Assembly: GCA_937974275.1 (NCBI GenBank)
Contig: CALJIF010000055.1
Span: forward strand, 23,290-87,289
Direction of reading: 5' to 3'
Source of the DNA: an uncultured Flavobacteriales bacterium
Lineage (GTDB): Bacteria > Bacteroidota > Bacteroidia > Palsa-965
DNA length: 64,000 nucleotides
Shown here: in pieces, positions 41,075 to 51,333 of the stretch
Layout: each line of letters opens with the position of its first letter
Numbering within the stretch: position 1 is the first letter of the stretch
Position numbers and translations under genes: made by a program
The notes under the pieces: model-generated
Told to the model about the DNA's origin: nothing
The model's input: only the letters and a program-made list of their open reading frames with translations
Database searches by the model: none

Positions 41075-41659
41075 TTATTTCAGCCATCGGCGGGCACCGA
41101 AATACGCCAACACCACAAATGCTAAACCCACGAGTCCGTAAATAAGAATTTGCTTCCGTTCAGGTCGTTCATTGTAATGTGTGGTGCGATCCTTAGCTTG
41201 CTCAGGAACTACTTCCAACGCAGGTAAATCATGTTGTAAATCATTCAATTGATCAGCGTACGTCATCCCGATTACTTCATTCATATGATCTACTTCACCT
41301 GCTGTAGGTTTGCGTCGGGAATGACTGCACAACTCTACCATTGGCACGCCGTATGATTCATACTTGCCGTATATAATCCACTCCTCACCATCGGCAAAAC
41401 TCATCTGGCAATCCGTTTCACAATCGGCTTTTAATGGTGTTTCGGCAAATAATTTTCCCTTATGCAAACTACGGACAACCATAGTTACTTCACTCATGCC
41501 TTTGTAACACGGGCCGACACTTTTAACGGTCCCAACGAATATCACATCATAAGTTGCGTACACTAAACTGTCCGGTTTAGAAATAGGCGGACAATTACAA
41601 GCTAAAATCTTGTCATAGGACATCACCAATAACAACAGAACAACTACAAGATGTCGCAT
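41075..41659 (-). CDS. TIMP/NTR-like domain protein with C-terminal TM anchor
   Basis: The signal peptide is followed directly by Cys-x-Cys (…KILA|CNCPPISKPDSLVYATYDVIFVGTVKSV). A later block EEWIIYGKYESYGVPMVELC resembles TIMP EYLIAGKAEGDGKMHITLC. A hydrophobic C-terminal helix is present. Confidence 0.45.
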   Translation of the reverse strand: MRHLVVVLLLLVMSYDKILACNCPPISKPDSLVYATYDVIFVGTVKSVGPCYKGMSEVTMVVRSLHKGKLFAETPLKADCETDCQMSFADGEEWIIYGKYESYGVPMVELCSHSRRKPTAGEVDHMNEVIGMTYADQLNDLQHDLPALEVVPEQAKDRTTHYNERPERKQILIYGLVGLAFVVLAYFGARRWLK

Positions 41660-41662
41660 CTT

Positions 41663-43168
41663 CTAAAAATTGTATTCGTTCAGGAAATTATCGGCAGCGG
41701 CTAAGTCAGGATACATTTCACGATCCTGCTCGTAAAAAGTTACTTTACTTCTAAAATCACGATGTACCTGCATAATGCGTTCGGAAGAATGCAATTTTTC
41801 TCGTTCTATTCGTAAATCCAAAGCCTGAGCCGCATTCAATAATTCAATTGCCAATACCTGACGAACATTATCCACAACACGCGCGCATTTTGTCGCTGCA
41901 TTTGCGCCCATACTTACATGATCTTCTTGTCCATTGGAAGACACAATAGAATCAACAGATGCCGGCGTGCACAGCTGTTTGTTTTGACTCACGATAGAAG
42001 CAGCAGTGTATTGAGGAATCATGAATCCTGAATTCAAGCCGGCTTGTTTAACCAACATGGGAGGAAGATTTCGCTTACCGGAAATAAGCAAATAGGTTCT
42101 ACGTTCCGAGATATTTGCTAACTCGGATAAAGCGATGGCCAGAAAATCTAACACCAACGCAAGCGGTTGCCCGTGAAAATTACCTCCCGATAAAATATCG
42201 CCATGATGAGGGAATACAGTTGGATTGTCGGTCACCGAATTAATTTCTGTCATAACGACGCGTTCCACATATCCGATAGCATCACGTGTTGCTCCATGCA
42301 CTTGCGGAATACAACGGAATGAATACGGATCCTGAACATCGTGTTTCATATTTGCCGGTTTTCCGGCAATTGCACTTCCGTCTAACCAGTCTAAAATATT
42401 GGAAGCAACTTCTATCTGACCGGCATGAGGACGAATGTCATGCAGTCGGGGATCGAAAGGTTCAGTTAATCCATCGAACGCGTCGAGGGACATCGCTGCT
42501 ATTCCATCTGCCGCACGAGTAAGTTGTTTGGCTCGGATCAAACAGTAAACAGACCATGCACTCATGAACTGCGTTCCGTTCAGAATGGCCAGACCTTCTT
42601 TGGCTTTCAATTTTATAGGAGTCAATCCGCACTCCTGCATTACTTCTGACGCAGGACGAATGCTGCCGTAGTAATTCACTTCTCCTTTCCCGATTAGTGG
42701 CAACGCCAGATGAGCTAACGGCGCTAAATCGCCCGAAGCACCTAACGAACCTTGCTCATACACAACAGGAAAAATGTGATTGTTGTATAAATCGACAAGC
42801 AATTGCACTGTTTCCGGTTGCACACCCGAATTGCCATGTACAAGACCCTGAAGTTTCAATAACATCATCAGTCGGACTACCTCAACAGGAACAGGTTTTC
42901 CGGTTCCACAAGCATGCGACATGATAAGATTTTCCTGCAACTGTGTTAACTCATGATCTGAAACACGTGTGTTCTTTAAATCACCAAATCCCGTATTAAC
43001 ACCGTAAATCGGACGTTCAGCAGCAGCGATAATTTCCAATAAGCGCTGATGACCAAATGCTACAGACTCCTTGGCACGATCCGATAACTGCAACTGGTGT
43101 GTATTCTGACGTAGTTGATTCAGTACATCAATCGTCACGGGTTGAGTGGGACAAATTTCGTAGATCAT
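41663..43168 (-). CDS. hutH: histidine ammonia-lyase
   Basis: Active-site MIO-forming ASG triad in [16 protein letters not shown], with full-length aromatic amino acid lyase similarity. Confidence 0.9.
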   Translation of the reverse strand: MIYEICPTQPVTIDVLNQLRQNTHQLQLSDRAKESVAFGHQRLLEIIAAAERPIYGVNTGFGDLKNTRVSDHELTQLQENLIMSHACGTGKPVPVEVVRLMMLLKLQGLVHGNSGVQPETVQLLVDLYNNHIFPVVYEQGSLGASGDLAPLAHLALPLIGKGEVNYYGSIRPASEVMQECGLTPIKLKAKEGLAILNGTQFMSAWSVYCLIRAKQLTRAADGIAAMSLDAFDGLTEPFDPRLHDIRPHAGQIEVASNILDWLDGSAIAGKPANMKHDVQDPYSFRCIPQVHGATRDAIGYVERVVMTEINSVTDNPTVFPHHGDILSGGNFHGQPLALVLDFLAIALSELANISERRTYLLISGKRNLPPMLVKQAGLNSGFMIPQYTAASIVSQNKQLCTPASVDSIVSSNGQEDHVSMGANAATKCARVVDNVRQVLAIELLNAAQALDLRIEREKLHSSERIMQVHRDFRSKVTFYEQDREMYPDLAAADNFLNEYNF

Positions 43169-44556
43169 TTCAAGGTTTCAATTAGTTGGGAGAGATTCAG
43201 GAGTAATTGTTCGCCGGTAGATAAATTCTTAACCGCGATTACATTTTTAGCACGTTCATCCGCACCAAGCATAGCTACAAAAGGAATTGATCGTGCATCA
43301 GCATATTTAAATTGTTTTGCCATTTTCACCGGATCCGGATAAACTTCTGATGCCACGCCTGCATCCCGCAGTTGTTTTACCAAACGGACAGCATGCGCTT
43401 CATCTTCTCCGCCAAAATTTGCAATCAGAATACGTGTGCCTTCTTTTTGCATCACATCCTCCGGATAACCAACTTCATTCAACACATCAAAAATGCGATC
43501 GATACCGAATGAAATTCCCACACCCGACATTCCTTTCAATCCGAACACTCCGGTTAAATCGTCATAACGCCCGCCACCACAAATAGAACTGCTGAGTGTT
43601 CCTGCCAACGCTTTTACTTCGAAAATTGCTCCGGTATAATAATTTAATCCGCGAGCTAAAGTAATATCCAGCTCCACTTGTGCCGTTTGAAGACCTAACG
43701 AATTGACAGTATTAAAAACAAAGTTCAATTCTTCAATGCCTTTCTCTCCGATGGCATTTCCTTTCAACATATCACCAATCAAATTTAACTTCGCCTCCAT
43801 ATTGCCCGAAAAATTGAGCAACGGTTGAAGTTTTTCAACGGCAACTTCAGATACACCACGTTCACGAAGTTCTTTATTAACGCCATCAACACCAATTTTA
43901 TCGAGTTTATCAATGGCCATGGTAATTTCCATCATTCGTGAAGCTTCACCCAATACATCTGCAATCCCGGAAAGAATCTTACGGTTGTTGATTTTAATTA
44001 AAACCGGAACGCGAAAAGCATGAAAAACTTCATCGATCATTTGCACCAATTCCACTTCGTTGATCAATGAATCACTGCCAATCACATCTGCATCACATTG
44101 AAAAAACTCACGATAGCGTCCCTTCTGCGGGCGGTCAGCGCGCCAAACAGGTTGTATCTGATAACGACGAAACGGAAAAGTGATTTCACTCTGATGTTGC
44201 ACAACATAGCGTGCAAACGGAACGGTAAGATCGTAACGTAACGCACGCTCTGTTAAAATCGAGCTATTCGAGTTTTGTGCGAGTGAACGTTCGAAAGCTT
44301 CACGCATTTTTGCTTTTTTATCGTCGTTGGCTTCGTACGGACGTGAATTCAAAATCTTGAATAGCAACTGATCACCTTCTTCACCGTACTTCCCCGTTAG
44401 TGTTTCGATGTTTTCCATCGCCGGTGTTTCGATGGGCAAGAATCCGAATTTCTTGAACACCGAACGAATGGTGTCGAATATGTAATTGCGGCGCACCATT
44501 TGCTCCGGAGAAAAATCGCGTGTGCCGCTTGGTATTGAAGGTTTTTGAGATGCCAT
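43165..44556 (-). CDS. hisS: histidine--tRNA ligase
   Basis: Class II aaRS motifs, HisRS-specific regions and a C-terminal anticodon-binding domain. Its 3' end overlaps the hutH start by 4 nt. Confidence 0.9.
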   Translation of the reverse strand: MASQKPSIPSGTRDFSPEQMVRRNYIFDTIRSVFKKFGFLPIETPAMENIETLTGKYGEEGDQLLFKILNSRPYEANDDKKAKMREAFERSLAQNSNSSILTERALRYDLTVPFARYVVQHQSEITFPFRRYQIQPVWRADRPQKGRYREFFQCDADVIGSDSLINEVELVQMIDEVFHAFRVPVLIKINNRKILSGIADVLGEASRMMEITMAIDKLDKIGVDGVNKELRERGVSEVAVEKLQPLLNFSGNMEAKLNLIGDMLKGNAIGEKGIEELNFVFNTVNSLGLQTAQVELDITLARGLNYYTGAIFEVKALAGTLSSSICGGGRYDDLTGVFGLKGMSGVGISFGIDRIFDVLNEVGYPEDVMQKEGTRILIANFGGEDEAHAVRLVKQLRDAGVASEVYPDPVKMAKQFKYADARSIPFVAMLGADERAKNVIAVKNLSTGEQLLLNLSQLIETLK

Positions 44557-44597
44557 AATTGATGCGAAAATACTAAACTAAAAGGGAGCAAATGTGA

Positions 44598-44632
44598 TAA
44601 AAGAAAAAAGCCCTGCACATGGACAGAGCTTT
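44598..44632 (-). terminator. intrinsic terminator (minus strand)
   Basis: Reverse-strand hairpin AGCTCTGTC-catg-tGCAGGGCT followed by TTTTTTCTTTTAT. Confidence 0.55.
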
Positions 44633-44659
44633 TGAACTATTAAGCGGAATTTACTGTGA

Positions 44660-45385
44660 TTAAGGCTTCTTAAATGCAGTTAATTCCGAATACGATTGCA
44701 ATTTATCGCCCTTATACGACTCTGTGCGAACAGTGCCTGCTTTAAACGACAACCAATCAATTGACTTTCTTGCCATACCCGGGATTTTCATTCCACCGAT
44801 CATCATTGAGAATTCAGTATCACACGAAATCTTGAAACACTCGAATGTTCCCGCACCCACAGTTTTATTCTCCTTCGCTTCCACTTTACGATTGGTCATT
44901 TTAATAATGCTGGTGCTGAACAATTGCCCGTCGGTATACATACTCATGGTCATAATTGCATCCGGCAATGTTTGACCCGCAACCATATCAGGCGAATATT
45001 CAATAATATTTCCTTCCAGTTTCACGGTAACGTCTTTCCCTTCTTGCTGTTTCTGTCCCGACTGGTTCATGAGGTCGCGCATATCCAGGTACAACTTGCC
45101 CTTATGACAACGATAATGCACCGTTCCTTTGCTTTGCTCTTTGCCTTTATCATCCAGAAACTGGCTTTCAATATCCGCAACAACCGTATCGCCGCTATTG
45201 TACACTTTCAGTACTTTAGAATTACTTACACCCTGTGGTTTTCCTTTGCCATCAAAGTGCGACATGGTCGTTGTAGTTCCGGTAACGAAATATTCCATCT
45301 CGTTACAAACCGAAGAACTTGTAAAAGCCCAACTAAGAGCAGCTACAGTAATAATTGCAGCAATAAATTTCAGGTTTGTTTTCAT
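44660..45385 (-). CDS. secreted hypothetical protein (241 aa)
   Basis: Signal peptide, followed on the minus strand by an intrinsic terminator. Confidence 0.5.
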   Translation of the reverse strand: MKTNLKFIAAIITVAALSWAFTSSSVCNEMEYFVTGTTTTMSHFDGKGKPQGVSNSKVLKVYNSGDTVVADIESQFLDDKGKEQSKGTVHYRCHKGKLYLDMRDLMNQSGQKQQEGKDVTVKLEGNIIEYSPDMVAGQTLPDAIMTMSMYTDGQLFSTSIIKMTNRKVEAKENKTVGAGTFECFKISCDTEFSMMIGGMKIPGMARKSIDWLSFKAGTVRTESYKGDKLQSYSELTAFKKP

Positions 45386-45396
45386 GGTGTTCAGTA

Positions 45397-47067
45397 TTAG
45401 GTAGTCAACTTTTTGTAACGGAAACGTTTCGGTTCTGTTTCACCCAGACGTTTCTTCTTATTCTCTTCATATTCTGAATATGAACCTTCGAAGAAATATA
45501 CAGACGCATTTCCTTCAAACGCGAGAATGTGTGTACAAACGCGATCCAGAAACCAACGATCGTGAGAAATGATTACGGCACAGCCGGCGAAGTTTTCCAA
45601 GGCTTCTTCCAATGCACGCATCGTATTCACGTCGATATCGTTGGTAGGTTCGTCCAGTAACAACACGTTTGCTCCGGAACGCAAGGTTAACGCCAAGTGC
45701 AAACGATTTCGCTCACCACCGGACAACACCTTTACTTTTTTACCCTGATCCTGTCCGTTGAAATTAAACTTTGAAACGTATGCACGTGAATTCAGTTTTG
45801 TACCCGCTAATTCTACGTATTCCGTTCCTCCGGTTATTGCTTCAAATACCGTGTGTTCCGGATTGATGTCAGCATGCGCCTGATCCACATAAGCCACTTT
45901 TACCGTTGGCCCTACTTTAAATTCGCCCTGATCCGGTTGTTCTTCGCCCATGATCAAACGGAACAATGTGGTTTTACCGGCACCATTCGGACCAATGATA
46001 CCGACGATTCCTGCAGGTGGCAATTTGAAATTTAAATTCTCATATAACACTTTATCACCGAAAGATTTCGATACACCTGCTGCTTCAATAACTTCATTAC
46101 CCAAACGTGGACCGTTAGGAATGAAAAGTTCCAATTTCTCCTCTTTCGACTTTACATCTTCGCTCAACATTTTTTCATAGTTGGCAAGACGCGCTTTGGA
46201 TTTAGACTGACGACCCTTCGGACCCTGACGCACCCACTCCAACTCGCGTTCCAATGTCTTACGACGTTTGCTCTCCGACTTTTCTTCCTGCTCTAATCGT
46301 TTCGACTTCTGATCCAACCATTCCGAGTAATTTCCTTTCCAAGGAATTCCTTCACCACGATCCAACTCCAAAATCCATCCCGCAACATTATCCAGGAAAT
46401 AACGGTCGTGCGTAACTGAAATGATCGTACCCGGATAATTCTGCAAATGATTTTCTAACCATTGCACCGATTCTGCATCGAGGTGGTTCGTAGGTTCGTC
46501 CAACAAGAGTATATCGGGCTGTTGCAATAACAAACGACATAATGCAACACGACGGCGCTCACCACCGGAACAAACAGCAATTGGCGTATCGCTGTCCGGA
46601 CACTGTAAGGCATCCATTGCTCTTTCCAGTTTGCTGTCGATGTTCCACGCATCCAATTGATCAATCTTTTCCTGTAAATGCGCCTGACGAGACAATAGCT
46701 TGTCATAGTCGGCATCCGGATCTGCAAACTTGTTATTCACTTCTTCGAATTCACGAAGAATATCCATGATCGGTTGCACACCTTCACGCACAATTTCGAT
46801 GACCGTTTTATTCTCGTCGAGTTTAGGCTCCTGTTCAAGAAAGCCAACACTATATCCCGGCGAAAAATGTATATCACCTAAATAATCTTTATCGACTCCT
46901 GCAATGATGCGGAGCAATGAAGATTTACCGGAACCGTTCAAACCGATTACACCGATTTTAGCACCGTAATAAAATGAGAGATAAATATCTTTTAATACTT
47001 GTTTCTGCGGAGGATGAATTTTTGAAACATTCACCATCGAGAAAATAATTTGTCTTCCTTCTGACAT
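45397..47067 (-). CDS. ettA: ABC-F ATPase, energy-dependent translational throttle EttA-like
   Basis: The N-terminus MSEGRQIIFSMVNVSKIHPPQKQVLKDIYLSF matches EttA (MAQFVYTMHRVGKVVPPKRHILKNISLSF). Two ABC cassettes. Confidence 0.85.
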   Translation of the reverse strand: MSEGRQIIFSMVNVSKIHPPQKQVLKDIYLSFYYGAKIGVIGLNGSGKSSLLRIIAGVDKDYLGDIHFSPGYSVGFLEQEPKLDENKTVIEIVREGVQPIMDILREFEEVNNKFADPDADYDKLLSRQAHLQEKIDQLDAWNIDSKLERAMDALQCPDSDTPIAVCSGGERRRVALCRLLLQQPDILLLDEPTNHLDAESVQWLENHLQNYPGTIISVTHDRYFLDNVAGWILELDRGEGIPWKGNYSEWLDQKSKRLEQEEKSESKRRKTLERELEWVRQGPKGRQSKSKARLANYEKMLSEDVKSKEEKLELFIPNGPRLGNEVIEAAGVSKSFGDKVLYENLNFKLPPAGIVGIIGPNGAGKTTLFRLIMGEEQPDQGEFKVGPTVKVAYVDQAHADINPEHTVFEAITGGTEYVELAGTKLNSRAYVSKFNFNGQDQGKKVKVLSGGERNRLHLALTLRSGANVLLLDEPTNDIDVNTMRALEEALENFAGCAVIISHDRWFLDRVCTHILAFEGNASVYFFEGSYSEYEENKKKRLGETEPKRFRYKKLTT

Positions 47068-47145
47068 GATTTTTCCGATAAAGTTAAAGAGGTGCAAATA
47101 TCGACAAAATCAGCCATTCACGGCAAACAACCGAAATTACATTTA

Positions 47146-47829
47146 TCATTTTCCGGGAAACTTCAACGGATGCTTTTCATTATACAAGCGCACATAATAA
47201 AACATCATCTCCTTGCGCTTGCGTTTTTTCAGTGCGTTAAACTCTGCTAACAAAACAGGATCTCCTTGAATTAAATACTGCACATTGTTGACATTCGCAT
47301 CATAAATCCGACCGGTTTTGGTATCCAAAAAATACTGCTGCAAAGTCTGAACGGGAGTGCCCATTGCAGGTCCGCCCATTCCTGCCGGTCCTGTAGTCAT
47401 GTAAGTTGTAACATACGCCGTAAACTGCGCGATATTTCCCATCAGCATAATTCTACTGAAATCGTTGTTACATGAAACATATACTGCGCGATTTTCGCAA
47501 AACCCCCAGGCGCGTAACGGATTCATTTCAATGACAACACTGCCCGTATCCTTGTAGCGAAGCGTTTTGGATGTCATTTGTGTTTTAATGAAATCAATAG
47601 CATTTGTATCTCCAACACCTACAATTTTGGAGCGCGGCACAGGTGTGTTGGTTCGAAATTGCTCGTAGGTTAAATAAATCCCATCCTTTAAGGGAAACGT
47701 TGATGAATAGACAATGGAATCCGTTTGTGCTTTAGCACTATCTGTAGCGAACAAAATACCCGCAGCAAACGTTAAGGAAAATACCCAATGAGCATTTAGA
47801 ATTGAATTGAATTGTTGATCTTTAAGCAT
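47146..47829 (-). CDS. secreted hypothetical protein
   Basis: ORF with a candidate signal peptide (…HWVFSLTFAAGILFATDSAKAQ). The start is uncertain because the longer ORF would overlap the divergent S8 gene. Confidence 0.4.
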   Translation of the reverse strand: MLKDQQFNSILNAHWVFSLTFAAGILFATDSAKAQTDSIVYSSTFPLKDGIYLTYEQFRTNTPVPRSKIVGVGDTNAIDFIKTQMTSKTLRYKDTGSVVIEMNPLRAWGFCENRAVYVSCNNDFSRIMLMGNIAQFTAYVTTYMTTGPAGMGGPAMGTPVQTLQQYFLDTKTGRIYDANVNNVQYLIQGDPVLLAEFNALKKRKRKEMMFYYVRLYNEKHPLKFPGK

Positions 47830-47848
47830 GGCAATAAAACGGGCTACT

Positions 47849-49966
47849 ATGAAACGCATATTGATACTCCTTTCCATTGTTTTCTATTTCTCAAATCTTT
47901 CAGCACAAACTCCGTGCAAAGTTCCGATTTCTTTATTGTTAAAAGCGCAACAATTTGCACCGGGACAATTCATGGGTATTTTAGTTGAAGGAGAACCAAC
48001 TGCAATTGCCGCCACTGTAAAGAACTATGGAGGATTTGTTGCGTACAATACCGGTGCTATTTGCAGCGTTCAACTTCCTGCCGGAGCTGTACAGGCATTT
48101 TGCGCAGAGCCTGTGGTTAAGCGTGTCAATCCGGACATTAACAACCGCGTATTGAACGACACGATGAAAACACAAACGCGCGTGATGGAGGTTCGCAACG
48201 GATTATCGCCGTTAACGCAAGGATATTCGGGACAAGGAATTATCATGGGCATTATTGATTCGGGAATTGATTTTAATCATCCCGACTTTAAAGATTCTAC
48301 AGGACGAACACGCATTTTAAAAATTTGGGATCAGCGGGATGCAACAGGCCCTGCGCCGGGTCCATGGAATTACGGAACGCAATGGGACAGTGCACAAATT
48401 AACGCAACAACCTGCGCACACAACGACTTGCAGTATTGGGGACACGGCACACAAATCAGCGGCATTGCAGGAGGTAACGGACGTTCTGTATCGATGTTAG
48501 ATATGAGTGGTGTGGCACCTGACGTTGAATTTATGGTGGTGGCACTGGATTTTGTCGGGACGAACAGTCCTGTGGCCGTTGCAGATGCAGCAGCATGGAT
48601 TTACGCACAATCACAGGCATTAGGAAGGCCGTGTGTAATTAATGCCAGCGTTGGCGACTATTACGGTTCTCACGATGGTCAGGATTTGCAAGCGTTAATG
48701 ATTGACAGCTTATTAAACACAACAGGTCGCGTGATGGTCGGAGCCGCAGGAAATGCGGGAGATTTACCCATTCATCTTTCTTACAATTTAACGGCTGACA
48801 CCAACTTCACCTGGTTTACTTCCAATGGAACCGTTTACTTGCAACTGTGGGCTAACCTCAACAATTTCAGTGGTGCGCAAATGGCTATTGGTGCAACGCG
48901 TTCATCATCATGGACTAACGTTAACAGAACAGGTTTTACCAATATTGCCAACAACTTAAACGTGCTCAGTGCCGACACCCTGTATAACACTAACGGCGAT
49001 CGTATTGCCATAATTCAACGTATTGCAACAACACAAGGCGGCACATACAGCATGGAGTATTTGATTACGCCCGATTCTGCAGGGTTGCATTGGAGTTTGG
49101 AACTTACGGGAACAGGAGGATTTCATCTGTGGAGTTTTAATATGGTAAATAGCAATCTTCCGTCGGTCAATCAATATCCGCGAATTGTAGATTATAAACT
49201 TCCCGATTACACGCATAACATTGTGAGTAGCTTTCAATGTTCCGATAAGGTTGTTACTGTTGGAAATTATGTCAATCGTACAGCATGGCCGAATTACAAT
49301 AACGGATGGAGTTACGATACAACAGTAACTGCGGGCGATATTATGTATAACAGCAGTCGCGGACCAACTCGCGATGGTCGCGTGAAGCCTGAAATTACGG
49401 CACCCGGAGCCAACTCATTTACGTGTGGAGTGATCAGTATGATGCCCGGAATTATTGCAGGAGCGCCTCAGGATGTAACACCGGGTGGCTATCACGTTCG
49501 CGGTGGAGGAACATCTGCTTCGTCGCCTGTAGTAGCGGGTGCTGCAGCATTATGGTTAGAACGTTTTCCGAATTCTAGTTGGACAGATTTTAAAACAGCG
49601 CTCATCAATTGTGCACATACAGATGGCTTCACCGGCAACACACTTCCCGATAACACTTGGGGATACGGAAAAACAGACGCCTTTGCGCTAATGACCAATT
49701 GTGCGCTAACGGTTGATAATAATGAGTCTGACGGAGATGTAACTATTCCTGCATATCCGAATCCGATTGTTGCCGGAAATACCTTACGGTTGAATGGGGT
49801 TGAACCTGCGAAAACAATTTGGATTTACAACGCAGCAGGGCAATTAATTATTAATGCGGTTAATAGTTCAAATGCGCCTGTTGAAATAAACACCACAGGC
49901 TGGGCACCGGGATTATATTTAATCAGAACTTCATCCGGAGGAACAGCACGCATCATCGTACAATAA
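47849..49966 (+). CDS. S8 subtilisin-like serine protease with T9SS C-terminal sorting domain
   Basis: Asp (IGIIDSGID), His (GHGTQISG) and Ser (GTSASSPVVAG) catalytic motifs, with a signal peptide at MKRILILLSIVFYFSNLSAQ. The C-terminal tail (…AYPNPIVAGNTLRL…GLYLIRTSSGGTARIIVQ) resembles a T9SS CTD. Confidence 0.85.
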   Translation: MKRILILLSIVFYFSNLSAQTPCKVPISLLLKAQQFAPGQFMGILVEGEPTAIAATVKNYGGFVAYNTGAICSVQLPAGAVQAFCAEPVVKRVNPDINNRVLNDTMKTQTRVMEVRNGLSPLTQGYSGQGIIMGIIDSGIDFNHPDFKDSTGRTRILKIWDQRDATGPAPGPWNYGTQWDSAQINATTCAHNDLQYWGHGTQISGIAGGNGRSVSMLDMSGVAPDVEFMVVALDFVGTNSPVAVADAAAWIYAQSQALGRPCVINASVGDYYGSHDGQDLQALMIDSLLNTTGRVMVGAAGNAGDLPIHLSYNLTADTNFTWFTSNGTVYLQLWANLNNFSGAQMAIGATRSSSWTNVNRTGFTNIANNLNVLSADTLYNTNGDRIAIIQRIATTQGGTYSMEYLITPDSAGLHWSLELTGTGGFHLWSFNMVNSNLPSVNQYPRIVDYKLPDYTHNIVSSFQCSDKVVTVGNYVNRTAWPNYNNGWSYDTTVTAGDIMYNSSRGPTRDGRVKPEITAPGANSFTCGVISMMPGIIAGAPQDVTPGGYHVRGGGTSASSPVVAGAAALWLERFPNSSWTDFKTALINCAHTDGFTGNTLPDNTWGYGKTDAFALMTNCALTVDNNESDGDVTIPAYPNPIVAGNTLRLNGVEPAKTIWIYNAAGQLIINAVNSSNAPVEINTTGWAPGLYLIRTSSGGTARIIVQ

Positions 49967-49983
49967 GTATGTAACTTCGCGCC

Positions 49984-50241
49984 ATGAAAAATTGGGTCAA
50001 GTGGTTAGGAATTGCAGCAGTTGCAATTGGGTGTTGTGTGTCCATAATGGCTTTTCTTCCCGGATACTTCGGTTTGCTGGCGTTAATGTTAATGATACCG
50101 GGATTTATCGTATCCACCGCATACATTATGATTAGTGCACGCGCAGAAATTGAACACCGTATTAACCCGGGCTATGTTGGCTTGGCGTTATCGTCCTTGC
50201 CTTTGTTGCTGATCATTTACTTTACGTTTTTTCGCGGATAA
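49984..50241 (+). CDS. small membrane protein (85 aa, 3 TM)
   Basis: A hydrophobic ORF overlapping the start of the UbiA gene by 1 nt (TAATG). Confidence 0.4.
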   Translation: MKNWVKWLGIAAVAIGCCVSIMAFLPGYFGLLALMLMIPGFIVSTAYIMISARAEIEHRINPGYVGLALSSLPLLLIIYFTFFRG

Positions 50242-51101
50242 TGAGCAGCATCAAATCCTATTTCTCGCTCGTAACGTTTAGTCATACCATTTTCGCGATG
50301 CCCTTTGCCGTGATTGGATTTTTTCTCGCTGTAACACGCACCGATGCAACATTATCGTGGAAGCTTCTCGGACTTGTTGTGTTGTGTATGATTTTCGCTC
50401 GCAACGCCTCAATGGGTTTTAATCGTTACGCCGATCGCGAAATTGACACTAAAAATGAACGAACACAAAATCGCGAAATTCCTGCAGGAACAATAAAACC
50501 ACAACAAGCACTGTGGTTTGTAATACTCAACTGTATTGCATTTTGCACGACAACCTATTTTATCAATACGATTTGTTTTTACCTATCTCCTGTCGCATTG
50601 TTGGTTGTTTTAGGATACAGCTTAACGAAACGTTTTACGGCGCTGTGCCATTTTGTTCTTGGTGTTGGTTTAGCTCTTGCCCCAATTGGCGCATGGTTAG
50701 CGGTTACCGGCTATTTCGATTGGCTTCCGTTATTATTCTCGTTTGCCGTGTTGTTTTGGGTTAGCGGATTTGATATGATATATGCCTTGCAGGACGAAGA
50801 GTTTGATCAGAAACAAGGACTGAACTCTATTCCTGTTTTGTTAGGCAAAAAGGGAGCGCTGCGTTTATCCGAACTCTTACATCTCATAAGTGCCGGATTT
50901 ATTTGGACAGCATGGTATACAGGAAATTTCAACTGGCTCTACGTGATCGGTGCAGCTCTATTCAGCGGATTATTGATCTATCAACATTCGTTGGTAAAGC
51001 CCAACGATTTGAGTAAAGTGAATCGCGCATTTTTCACAACCAATGGTATTGCAAGCGTTGTATTTGCTGTTTGCGTATTAGGCGATCTATTTATTTTGTG
51101 A
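50241..51101 (+). CDS. UbiA-family aromatic prenyltransferase
   Basis: Polytopic protein with Asp-rich motifs NRYADREID and DMIYALQDEEFD, typical of UbiA/MenA/CyoE-type prenyltransferases. Confidence 0.8.
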   Translation: MSSIKSYFSLVTFSHTIFAMPFAVIGFFLAVTRTDATLSWKLLGLVVLCMIFARNASMGFNRYADREIDTKNERTQNREIPAGTIKPQQALWFVILNCIAFCTTTYFINTICFYLSPVALLVVLGYSLTKRFTALCHFVLGVGLALAPIGAWLAVTGYFDWLPLLFSFAVLFWVSGFDMIYALQDEEFDQKQGLNSIPVLLGKKGALRLSELLHLISAGFIWTAWYTGNFNWLYVIGAALFSGLLIYQHSLVKPNDLSKVNRAFFTTNGIASVVFAVCVLGDLFIL

Positions 51102-51189
51102 ACTTCCTGAACGCTTTATCTAATTCGATTTTGCCGATAGATGTACTGTTTTCATCTCGCAAAATATTGATTTCATCGAATTCCTGCAA

Positions 51190-51197
51190 TATATTTG
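51190..51197 (+). promoter_or_regulatory. -7 element TAtaTTTG upstream of the SprB-like gene
   Basis: Exact TAnnTTTG, ~140 bp upstream of the start at 51334. Confidence 0.3.
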
Positions 51198-51333
51198 GGT
51201 CCCTTACTTGACCCAATGCACTTTAGTAATTCAGGTAATCATTCCCCGATTACCGGCAGTTTCGATGAGTATAACTCACATCTGGTTTTAACAGGTGCAT
51301 GGGAAGCGTATTTTCTCAAAACCCAATTTTCCC

